Assembly: GCA_028023455.1 (NCBI GenBank)
Contig: JAQFVV010000003.1
Location: forward strand, 1 to 64,000
Length of the DNA: 64,000 nt
DNA from: Epiperipatus broadwayi
Lineage: Eukaryota > Animalia > Onychophora
Reading direction: 5' to 3'
In this document: positions 25,352 through 37,120 of the stretch, in pieces
How positions within the stretch are numbered: the stretch's first letter is position 1
How the letters are laid out: the number at the start of each line of letters is the position of its first letter
Position numbers and translations under genes: made by a program
Notes under the pieces: model-generated
What the model was told of the DNA's origin: nothing
The model's input: only the letters and a program-made list of their open reading frames with translations
Databases searched by the model: none

Positions 25352-25829
25352 ATACCACCTTACATGGTTTAGTGCAGTGATTGATTGGTGAACTCAAGAG
25401 CTTGAAGATTCATAGTTTATATCTTAGCTTTGTCACCTCTAGTGCTCGAACATCATTAGATCTCCCAAATGAGAACCATACATTTTCATTACCTACATCA
25501 GAGCAAAACTCTCCATACAGTATTGCCACCTGTGCTAAACAGAGTAATCATTTGATGCCAGAAGGCTTGTGCATAAAATCCCTATCTAATGCCTACTCAT
25601 CCAATATCCCCAGACTAGTTTCTGGCTTGTGGCCTTCGTCAGTGAGGAGCTTTGGATCTGGAGCACTGCATCTAGATCTTAAGATCTAATGCAACCCTCT
25701 ATCAAACACCTTTTATCTCTACTTAACTACTAAACTATCAGAATGAAATTGAAAACACAAAAAATATTTTCAATCTAAGCTCAATAGCTTAAATAGTCAT
25801 ATGGGTCTGAACTCAGTTCAGCACCCATA
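25352..25829 (+). mobile_element. Longest copy of SINE-like family A (decayed tRNA-like head, conserved body, 3' hairpin)
   Basis: Head catggtttagtgcag...aactcaag...gattcat is shared with 46770-46830, the body with 3975-4115, and the tail with 29900-30112. Confidence 0.65.
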
Positions 25830-25894
25830 CATTTTGGTGTCTTTGGCTCTTTTACAACCATAGCCACCACTATCCTATTAGGCAGGATTGGTGT

Positions 25895-26120
25895 TAAACC
25901 ATTAAGCATCACATGATCACATTTCCTATACTAGCACATTAATTGTTGATAAACAGAGCAAAACTCTCCATACAGTATTGCCACAGGTGGCAATACTGTA
26001 TGGAGAGTTTTGCTCTGTTTATCAATAATTATGGCAATACTGTATGGAGAGTTTTGCTCTGTTTATCAACAATTAATGTGTTAGTATAGGAAATGTGATC
26101 ATGTGATGCTTAATGGTTTA
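25895..26120. repeat. Near-perfect palindrome (90-bp arm, 2-nt loop) with 45 bp of the right arm duplicated
   Basis: Left arm 25895-25984, loop ag 25985-25986, partial right arm 25987-26031, then the arm restarts at 26032-26120. Confidence 0.95.
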
Positions 26121-28584
26121 TTACCTAAATCCTTAAAATTTTATATTTATTTTCTTCATACAGTAAATAAAAATGCCTATTGTAAAAACATCCTAAAAAT
26201 TGTTATGATGTATTGTCATGGTAATAGATGAATGAATGTGTAATAGAACCATGAAAATTTATAAAATAAAGGTACATTTCTTAATTATTCTAAAGTTATT
26301 ACTTCTTCATGTGTTGAAGATTACTATAAAATATGCATTATTCATCAGATTAGTCTATTGCATATTAGTAGAAGTGTTTATGATTTTTTATTCTTCAACT
26401 CATAGATAAGAAGAGACAGATAATTTATTAACAAGTCTTGTATAATAAGAGATTCTTCAGTGCACTTATCAAATTTTCCTAACAGGATTAAAGATTAAAA
26501 ATTAAAGATTAAAAATAAAGGCTAGATAAAATTTACTTTTTTTGCAGACAGATTATAAGTTATACCTTTCTGCTGCATATTATATTTGATTAGTTATACA
26601 ATTCTTTGGTGATAAATAAATATCTTATTACTGATTTTATTCAAGTTTGATATATCTTCAAAGTTTGTTAATATATTTAGATAATTCATAAGTTCCAACT
26701 TAAATTTATCAGACTATTTCTAAAGTTATGATTATCAAATCTTTACACTGTTTTTTTTACTAACTTTTATCTCTTTTGCTTTTCATTAATATATGCATTA
26801 CATCGGACTCGCATGTTTATTGTATCAAGCATTCAACCCATTATAATATATATTTATGTTAGTAAAAAATATTAAGTCACCTGTGTTGTTTCTTTATTTG
26901 AATGCTGCCATGTATCTGTTTTTTCATTGTATTTTTTTTTTTAAAAAAAGAGAGAGAATTCATAATATACATTTCTCCCCTCTATGAATTTCACAAGATT
27001 TTGTACTCTCATTTCTTTATTCAAAACAAAACGTTATCTTTATAAATTTTATCTTCCAATGATTTTTTAATTCTGACATTAAATAGTTAGGTCTGACAAA
27101 ATTATTCTGTACATCTATATAAATGTCTTCTACGTATTCATTAGACATAAATCACATTTATATTATTTGCATTTGGTATTCTCCATTAACTTGAATAATT
27201 AATTTTATTAATTTATGTAAATGACCATTTTGTTTACACTTGTACTATCAACATTTGTGCTTATATAATAAAGTAGTTTTATTTTAAAATCAAATGATTT
27301 CTCTTTTTCCAACTTTTTAAATATTAACACGATCATTTCATAAAATCTTCCTTCACTTAAAAATGACATACAGTTATGAATGGTCAAACAAAAGTATATT
27401 ATAGAATGCCAATCTATTCTTAGTACCATCTGCATTTGGTTAATGATCATTCATTGATGACTTTATAAAATTAAAATATGAAAGCTGTAATTTATTTTTG
27501 AACTATTGTAAGTGTAAATATATTTTAAAAATCAGTGTTTATACTTATACTTACATGCATCTATTTACATATTAATTCAAACGATATTTCAATTAAAAAC
27601 CTGCAAATACCTGAGATGAAAAATGTGTTTTATTTTTTTATATGTTTAATTCAAAGATAAACACCCAAATTCATGATGCTAGATAATACTTGATAGCATG
27701 GTGTCATCCATGATTTTTAATGATCAAACAATAATGTAATAATATTATCTGTAATGGCAATAACTTTTTGTGAATGGATACTAGCAATTTGTCTCACTTT
27801 CTGTAAGTCTTTACAGTGAAATTAAAAGATTTCTTTCCAGTTAATAGCAAACTCATTTTTAAAATCCGTAAACTCTACTGCATATAAAATAATATATAAC
27901 ATTACTATATAATTTATATTAGTATTGTTATTATATTAACTGATTATTCATTGTTTATATGTGTTGAAACTATTTATTTTTAATACTAACAAGAGTAAAA
28001 TTATAAAAGCAATAAAAAACAACTTTTTAAATAAATAGATCATTTTAGAATAAAGGACTTTCTAATATTCCCTATAGAAAAACAATGAAAAAAAACCCAA
28101 TACTCATAAAACTTGCAAATTAATGGACAATGAGGATTGATTGCTATTTTAACTTTGTATTACTCCCTAGTTAAGAATAGCTTGGGTTTTTTGCTGTTGA
28201 ATATTGTATTGTTATATGGGATTGTTATAGATCAGCTATTTAAAAAAAATCCTAAGACTTTTGGAAAAATAATTTTACTTGGCCTGGATTTGAACTTTAG
28301 GCTGTAAACATATCAAACAGATGCAATATCTTTACGTCATGAGCATTTTGCAGTAAATAAACATATATAAAGTAAAATTTAAAAAATCAGATATTAATTA
28401 AATGAATAAAAGTTATTGCAAGTTTAGGCACATATTGGTTTGTACACAAACAATATAAAATAATATATAATCAAGATTTTACTGCAATTATTAAATTAAT
28501 ATTAAATAATAGTATAATATAAATAGCATAATAAACAAAAAATATAAAGTGTTTTCATGTGGAGTTTCTGAATTTATGTTCACA

Positions 28585-28587
<3 letters not shown>

Positions 28588-28623
<36 letters not shown>
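28588..28623. repeat. (TA)n microsatellite
   Basis: Pure TA run. Confidence 0.95.
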
Positions 28624-28626
<3 letters not shown>

Positions 28627-29884
28627 ATTCAAATTACTCTTCACGATGTTAAGATATTTCAGAAATGCTCTCTGTGAATAAACGTAAATTATGAACATCA
28701 GAGTGATGATTGGAATGTTTTCTATCTATTTCAAGTTGTGGTATGCATTATAATATTTTCATATGTATGTATATGAAAATGATTAAATGAATATTGTAAA
28801 TTTTTTCAAGACAAAACATTATTCTTTCATGTAATTAGCACATAACCAATGCAGTATAAATGTAATAAACAATAAATATATGACTAAAAATTATATAAAG
28901 GATGGATACTTCAAGTTAATATGGGTTAATCAAATGAATGTCATTTATTCTAACTCTAAAACCAAAAAATATGACTGGCATATGATGTGATCTTTATTAT
29001 GTGATTTAGATGTAGTAAATCTAAGATCAATTGAGCCATAGATTTCCTTATTATTTTATGTACCATAATTTATTCATTAAAATTATATGATATATAATAA
29101 CAATATACTATAATTTTTATATCTATAGAAAGTGAAATGTAAACAACATAATTGATATGTGGATATATATAGATACTTAAGTAATAGATAAATCACTAGT
29201 GGTAAATAATGAAAAATACTAAGCTACTAAATTTTTAAAAAGGATATAGTTTTAAAAATACGCTTTCAGTTAAATTGATTACTGTAACTGATAAGGATTT
29301 ATTTATGCTTGTGTTGACATTATTCAAAAAAGGTTAGATATATGATATATCATGAAAACTTGATCTTTATGCTGGGATATATTAGATAATTGTTAACACC
29401 ATAAAAGATTGTTTTATACATGTGTCTATATGTGTATATTGTATGTGTGTATATATATTATTAATCAATACACTGGTGAGTGTACAGTGTAGCTATAAAA
29501 ATTACAAAAGTAAGAAACTCGATGATATATATGCACTTTCATTCTCAAATGTTAAGACTTAATATTAATTCTCTGAATTAGTATTAGAAATTATTTGTAA
29601 CTTGATTAATGTATGGAAAAAAACTGTTTTTGTTCTCCAATAATGCCTTTTTGTTACGTATTTATTGTCATAATTTATCAAATATTTCATTTTATTAATA
29701 ATTGTAGCTTTTTATTTTTTATGTTTGGAATCAAATACTATCACAATTAAAATATTTTATAATTTTGATATATATATATTTAAGTAAAATCTTTATTAAC
29801 AAAAAACAAAAATTATATACATTTTTACAACAATGATATATATATATAGAGAGAGAGAGCTAGTAAAACAAGTTCTTAACAAAC

Positions 29885-30112
29885 TTTGTAGAATATCCCC
29901 AACCTCAGACTAGTTTCTGCTAATGGCATCCTCAGTGAGGTGCTAGAATATTCAAGCATTAGATTAAAAATACCAAGACAAGCACAGCACTTTATCTAAT
30001 GTATAACTATTAAGTAGAAATCTGAAATTTTCAGACATCCATATGTCTTCCAATTCAGCAAATCTAATTTAAATAACCATATGGGACTGAATTAAGTTCA
30101 GATATACCATAT
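29885..30112 (+). mobile_element. 3' fragment of SINE-like family A
   Basis: aatatcccc...cagactagtttct...cagtgagg and the terminal hairpin atatgggactgaattaagttcagatataccatat match 25600-25829. Confidence 0.6.
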
Positions 30113-30749
30113 ATATATTACAACAATTTTTACAACACATAAATTTTCATATGGAGATAGACCATTGTTTAATGAAATTTTTTTTTGTTGAGATGCATTT
30201 GATACAGTTATTACAGTATTTTTTCCAATCACTGTCAAGTTTTTTTAACCAATTATATTTCTTATTATCAAAAATCATTTCACACTTTATTGTCCATATT
30301 GTTGTTAGAGCATGTAGCAAAACCATTGCCTTATGTGGATTGTTTTAACATTGTTTATTAATTTCCCTTTTAAATTTGTGTGGATTAAATGTTTTAACAT
30401 TATTTATTATTTCCCCTTTTAAATTAATATATGGAGCAGCAAATACTTTTGATCTTCAGAATTTAAATACTACACATTCTTCAAGAAAGGTTTTGATATA
30501 ATGATTTATAATATACATAAATGTAATCAAATTTATATTGAAACTATTCACCAACATATAACCTGCAAACCATCTTCTTTCACTATGCATTGATTTTGTG
30601 AACAAACTTATCAGATGAGTTAGAGGTATAAATAATCTAGATTTCCACACCCCTGTCAGTTGTCCAGTATATATATGCATTGCAAGAATGTAGTGATATA
30701 AATATATTTATTATGTTAAATATTTCTACAGTGCAACTATTAATTATAT

Positions 30750-30950
30750 ATATATAATTTAGTAGGAATTTGAATTCAGATTTTGAAACTCTCCACAGAA
30801 ATCTTATACAACTGATACACATGACTACAGACATGAAAAGTTAAATAATCTCCAATATACGTATTTCACCAGTATTGGTTATAGGATAGATTGGATAATT
30901 GTACGGAGCTTGAAAGTCTGAATTCAAATTCATTCTAAATTACATTAAGT
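30750..30950. mobile_element. Two copies of decayed SINE-like family B in divergent orientation
   Basis: 15-bp perfect IR gaatttgaattcaga (30766-30780) / tctgaattcaaattc (30917-30931). The left copy matches 36865-36995, and ggagcttgaaagtctga matches 36895-36911 (reverse complement) and ~48860. Confidence 0.6.
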
Positions 30951-32715
30951 TCAGTATAGACAATTTATTTGTATTTAAATATTATATATATGATGTGTAT
31001 AATGGGAATCGTAAAACAGCCTTATTTTTTAAAAATATCCCATTGCCTTCTGAAGACATTTTAAGCACTTTTTTTATTTAAAAACAGCAAAAGAAAAAGC
31101 AGTACTCAAAAGGCTTACCATTGTCAGTAAGTAAAGATTTCATTTTCTATCTTTGTTTTATTCTTTAGCTAAAAATAACTAGATAGGCATTTGTTATTCA
31201 ATGTTGAACATAAACTGTTTATCTGGGGAAAAATCTTAAGCCTATATAAAAAAAAAATTAAAGTTTAGACTTTCCTCATTTTAACTCATGTCGTAGACAT
31301 GGCATGTGGATTTAAACAATTTGTTTTTATGTTGTAATAGTATTATGTTTTTTGGTTTTAACTCAAACGCATAAAATCTAAAAATGAGTTAAAGTAGTTG
31401 CAATTATTCTTAAGTGAACGCATTTTAATTTTAAATATGAGGGGTCTTTTTCTTGTTTCACATAAAGTAACTAAAGTATCCAATTGTTTCATAAAGAGTT
31501 CATTAGTTCAATTTTTTTTGCCATGTCTGGGATTCAAATTCACATAAAAACTAAATGGTTTTTTTAACAGAAACTCTCCAATACATTAAAATCCATTTCA
31601 GTTAAATATCTTTAAGATAATCTCATCAGTTATTTTATGTTAGTATATAAATTGGTATCAGTATGTAGTTAATCTAGAAGCAAGATGAAGATTTCCAAAT
31701 AATTTGGCTTGATCAGATGAATAACAACTGATGAATATAAAGCAAATACATAATTGTAATAAGATGTAGGTTTTAGTGAGGAAAGGGTCATACACTTACA
31801 AACCCTGAATCCACGGTAATAAAGACATAAATTATCTAAATGGCCATGGTACAAAAAATAATTAAAAAATATATTTTCCATTTCTATTTAAAAACAAATA
31901 ATTCAAGCATGAAATTCAATTTATGTGAATAAAATACAAAACCTTTATATAGAAAATTAAATAATCAATAATAGTTTAAAATGTCAAAATAAATGTGTTA
32001 AACTAAAAATACAGAAAGAAAAGAAAATCTATTATTAAAAATGTCATTTTAATGAATTGATTTGATAGAAAGATTTGAAAATTAACGGAAAGTTGTGCTT
32101 TTGAGTAATCAAACAAAAATATTTTAATGTAAAACTTTATCTGATTTTTTTTCTCTAATAATTATAACAAAATTCTATAGACTGTAGGAAGAAAAATATT
32201 TATACATTAATAATTAATTTACACTTGTACATTTTATTTGTCATTGTTGTAAATATTTTTTTATTATAAATAATTAATAGTTATTCGAAATAAAACAAAG
32301 TAACAAATGGTAGAAAAGATAGTTACTGTTATAATTATTAAACTGGTTTGTGAGAGTTGAACTTTCTGCTCTCACAAACACTAACCATTTTAGATAATTG
32401 TTTTAATGATTATTACCAATCATTAATTAAATCAGATTATTCCTTGCCTAGATATAAACTTTATATCTCTGATAGAGATTATTATATTTGTTTGTTTGCT
32501 TTTTACAAAAAAATATTTATAAACACCTGGAATAACTTAACTTCATTTCTCTTTCACTTCACCACACATTTTTGAAATATATAAATAAAATGAGCTAAAA
32601 AAAATAAATCATTCTCAAAATGCATTTTATGCTGAACCAACACTTTTCATAGGCCACCGTCTCTTATAAATGTCTTCATCAATTGGCTATTTTACTTTTA
32701 TTAATTAATACTGTA

Positions 32716-32997
<282 letters not shown>

Positions 32998-34176
32998 GGC
33001 GTCTTATCTATCATGCAGTAATGGATAGTTTCGAGTAATTCTATGTAACTGTAGAATCTTGATTTTAAAATCTATAAATTGTGACTTCATCTCTGTTATT
33101 TCTGGGTTTGAACATCTTATGAAATCCCAAGCAATAAAACATTGGATTATTACTTATTATCTAATATCTTCTCCTTTACTTTTTTTGCATTTTTCTTTAT
33201 ACATTCACATATATTAAAATCTTATCATCTCCTCATACACACTATAATGCAATATTTTTTTATATTCCTTCTTTATTTTGTTTACAGTTTCAACTGTCCT
33301 GCAATTTTCATCATAACTCTGATGAAGACTGCATGAATTATATAAAAAAGATTGCATTAAAGTGTATATGAGATGATAAGAAAATTTTAATATGTATTAT
33401 CTACAATACATATTTTCAAAAATTAAATTCAAGTAAAACTTGAAAAAAATTTGGGTTTCAAGCAAACTTAGGATTGTTCTTTTAATCAATCGAATGTTTT
33501 GATGCAAATAGTCAATATTAAATAGAAAGTAAAATAAACCAAAAGTTCCATAAACTCTCTTCTCCCATCATTTGAGTAATTTTCACTTTCAGTGATGCTC
33601 AGTAAAGAGATGCTGGAGAAGCTTATGATTAATTCATATATTGAAATGATATTTCAGCTTTTATTCAATTTACTGTTTAGATTTTTTTTTATTATAAGGC
33701 ATTTTTTTAAATGCTGCATAATAAGATGAGTTTAGTAAACAGTCAAATAATTTTACTATTATTGTTTAGAATCAGTTTTATATTATGAATATAAGTAAAC
33801 AATACTAACACATTCTTCTATATACTTCACACAATGTACATATAATATTTTATTATTTCATATTTTCAAAAATAGTTGACAGTTTTGACTATCTAAAATA
33901 AATTAATCATAGAAAACAGAATTTATTTTTATATATTATTTAAAACTACTTATTAATTCATCAATGTCTTTGCCACCTAATGTAGGCTTTTATAATTAAT
34001 AGATTCCAAATTGTTATACTTAATAAATCATTATTAAATCTTACATTAGTGACATAGTTGCAGTAGAAGATAAAGAATATACTGCTGAAACAACAATGTG
34101 TAAGCTAAAGTCATGATAGAATCATGTGATATTATGTAAAAAAACTATAGGAAAATTAATTTAAATAATTTAATTC

Positions 34177-34869
34177 TGTTATATCCACACTTATGACTGT
34201 GCAAATGTTATATCCGCAAGTCTGACTGTGCGGCTATCCAATAACATTCACTAGTGTTCAACTGCATATGCTCTCCAATGAATGGTCTGCAACGAATGCT
34301 CTGAATATACTCTGTATTCTCTGCAATGGGTGCTCTCCAAACAAATGATCTGCAAGCAGATGCTTTCCAACAAATTGGTCTGCAACATGCTCTCCAACAG
34401 ATTGGTCTGTAATGAATGCTCTCCAATGAATTGGTCTACAACGAATGCTCTCCAATGAAGGCTCTGAATATCTTCACTGTGGTCTTCTTCAGCTATACCT
34501 GTGAACTACATTTTCACTGGGCTCTGGTCATTAACTGCAAGCACTAATGCAATATATCTCTACTGGTGTTAAACAGATGTCTACTCAAATACTGCCTACT
34601 CAATACTGCGCTGCGTAGATGTTACCCAGTCCTCTTATCGCTCTCTGATAACTGCAACAATCAATCAATACACCGTCCAATAAGGCAACATCTCTTATCC
34701 ACAAATATTTGTAATCAGCAAATATTTCTTGGAATTGTCGATTGCCATTACGTCAATGCATTAATTAAATTCCTCAGTTATCAGAGCGCGATCTAAAAAC
34801 AACCTCTCGAATAAATTCTAGTTTTTTCTGGAGTGCACAAAAATGTATGCCATTTTTACAAACACTACA
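34177..34869 (-). repeat. 3' LTR of the mini element
   Basis: Same termini as 35217-35905. Preceded on the minus strand by the PPT. Confidence 0.9.
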
Positions 34870-34883
34870 CCTCCCTCCACTCC
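34870..34883 (-). promoter_or_regulatory. Polypurine tract
   Basis: GGAGTGGAGGGAGG directly abuts the TG of the 3' LTR. Confidence 0.85.
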
Positions 34884-35204
34884 AGAAAAAACCCTTGTTG
34901 CTATTCCTTGGTGTTGTTTTTATATTCCTACTTTCCTGTTATTTCACTTAGAAATATATGATTTAACTGCTGCTGAAACTTTTTCGCCAATTACGTTCAA
35001 TGGTGACTGCACAAGCGTGGTAAATTCAGCTTCCGATGTTAACTGCACAAACATTTTATTTCCAAACTTTTACCGATGTTTCATCATGTAAACTTGCAAC
35101 AAAAACTTTAGACATTCACTTCCGTTATTAACATTACTAACTGGGATTTTCATTTTCACCAGGTTTTTCCGTATAACTTATTCACTACTTACAGGTTCCA
35201 AATG

Positions 35205-35215
35205 CGACTGTGCCA
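35205..35215 (-). promoter_or_regulatory. Primer-binding site (tRNA-Ser type)
   Basis: TGGCACAGTCG lies 1 nt after the LTR end. It has one CpG-type mismatch to TGGCGCAGTCG, the complement of the insect tRNA-Ser 3' end used by 17.6/297/ZAM-type elements. Confidence 0.8.
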
Positions 35216-35216
35216 A

Positions 35217-35905
35217 TGTTATATCTGCACTTACGACTGTGCCAATGTTATATCCACAAGTCTGACTGTGCGGCTATCCAATAACGTTCACTAATGTTCA
35301 ACTGTGTATGCTCTCCAATGAATGGTCTGCAACGAATGCTCTGAATACTCTGTATTCTCTGCAATGGGTGCTCTCCAAATGAATGGTCTGCAAGTGGATG
35401 CTCTCCAACAAATTGGTCTGCAACGTGCTCTCCAATGGATTGGTCTCAATAAATGCTCTCCAACGAATTGGTCTGCAACAAATGCTCTCCAACGAAGGCT
35501 CTGAATATCTTTGCTGTGGTCTCCTTCAGCTATACCCATAAACTACATTTCCACTGGGCACTAGTCATTAACTGCAAGCACTAATGTGAGATATCTCTAC
35601 TGGTGGTAAACAGACTTCTACTCAAATACTGCCTACTCAATACTGCACTGTGTAGATGTTACCCAGTCCTCTTATCACTCTCTGATAACTGCAACAATCA
35701 ATCAATACATCGTCCAATAAGGCAATGTCTCTTATCCAGAAATATTTGTAATCAGCAAATATTTCTTGGAATTGTCATCGCCATTATGTCAATGCATTAA
35801 TTAAATTCCTCAGTTATCAGAGCACGATCTAAAAACAACCTCTCAAATAAATTCTAGTTTTTTCTGGAGTGCACAAAAATGTCTGCCATTTTTACAAACA
35901 CTACA
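35217..35905 (-). repeat. 5' LTR of the mini element
   Basis: Minus strand begins TGTAGTGTTTG and ends TATAACA. Homologous to 34177-34869. Confidence 0.9.
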
Positions 35906-36864
35906 AATTCAAAACTGCTTTTTATATTATTTTTACATGTATATCAAATTAATGTGTCTAAACATTCACTTTTAATTGTATCAAAATTTTAATATGCAGC
36001 AAGGATTTTATCAGTACCATATCTTTTATACTTACATATTGTTTTTTAAACATTGCTTTTAAATTGCTATTTTATTTATCATTAAATTTTTTATATATTA
36101 CTTAAAACATAAATTGTATATCTATATTATTATATTTAGATTATTTAAAAATTTAAATTTCTTTTATTCTATTGTCTTCTAAAAGGCAATACAAATGATA
36201 GATAATAATGGGAATTAGCTATTTCCTTCAGACTTATTTTTTCTCCAATACATCGCACACAACAACTTAATCATTATAATATTTTCATAACTTTTGCAAA
36301 ATAAATAATGTGTGATTTGTAAGGCTTTATATCTTTCAAGTATGTTTCCATTTTTAATTGCAATGTAGAATATTATACAAACTTCATCTTTCTGTTTTTC
36401 CTTTTAATATCCCAATATCAACTTTATTTTTATACTTTTTTAAATAATACATTTCAAAATAATATATTTCGTATTTCTCATTTGATTCATGTTTTTTTTT
36501 TATTCTTTTCTAATTTGAAAAAAAAAATCATTCTAACATTAAATGACAAATTACTTATCTAGACATTAGTGTAAAAATCCTCAGCCAAAATATGTTATGG
36601 GAGTCTAATTTTTACTCATTCTATTATTGTCATCCAAAGAATGTAGTATACTTTTATCATGCATTATAGTGATTACAAATAATTTCACTATAGAAAGCTG
36701 AGCTTACTGAGATATTTTGATTGAACTTATGGATGTTCTTCAGAACATTAAACAGTATGCAATATTCCATTTACTGTTATATTGTAACTATACTTTTAAA
36801 TATACACAATAAAAGTTATAACTATTCATTTTAATATTCAAATATAAGCATAATATCTATATTA

Positions 36865-36995
36865 AATTTAATGTAATTTAAAGAGACTTAAACTCAGACT
36901 TTCAAGCTCCCTACAGCTATGCACTCCATCTTATGCAACTGATACACATGACCACCTACATGTAAAAAAAATAAATGATCTCCAATATATGTATC
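36865..36995 (-). mobile_element. SINE-like family B copy
   Basis: caactgatacacatgac and ctccaatata are shared with 30805-30866, and ctcagactttcaagctcc with 30905-30920 (reverse complement). Confidence 0.6.
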
Positions 36996-37040
36996 AATGT
37001 AATGTTGTTTAGTCTTAATAAGTTTCACATGTCACTTGAG

Positions 37041-37043
<3 letters not shown>

Positions 37044-37116
<73 letters not shown>
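37044..37116. repeat. (TA)n microsatellite
   Basis: Pure TA run. Confidence 0.97.

Positions 37117-37120
<4 letters not shown>

Larger units (their letters stand above)
34177..35905 (-). mobile_element. Complete non-autonomous mini LTR retroelement (TRIM-like deletion derivative), 1729 bp
   Basis: Two ~690-bp direct repeats with TGT...ACA ends and a 347-bp interior. PBS follows the 5' LTR, PPT precedes the 3' LTR, and a 5-bp TSD aattc lies at 34172-34176 and 35906-35910. Confidence 0.9.

Noticed and set aside
34265-34465. CRISPR-like appearance of regularly spaced repeats
   Set aside because: Eukaryotic context, the units are degenerate and contiguous, there are no unique spacers, and there are no cas genes.
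34208-35800. Cluster of short ORFs on both strands with repeated CRPI.WRA motifs
   Set aside because: They arise from the ~30-bp LTR subrepeats. The frames are not conserved between the two LTRs.
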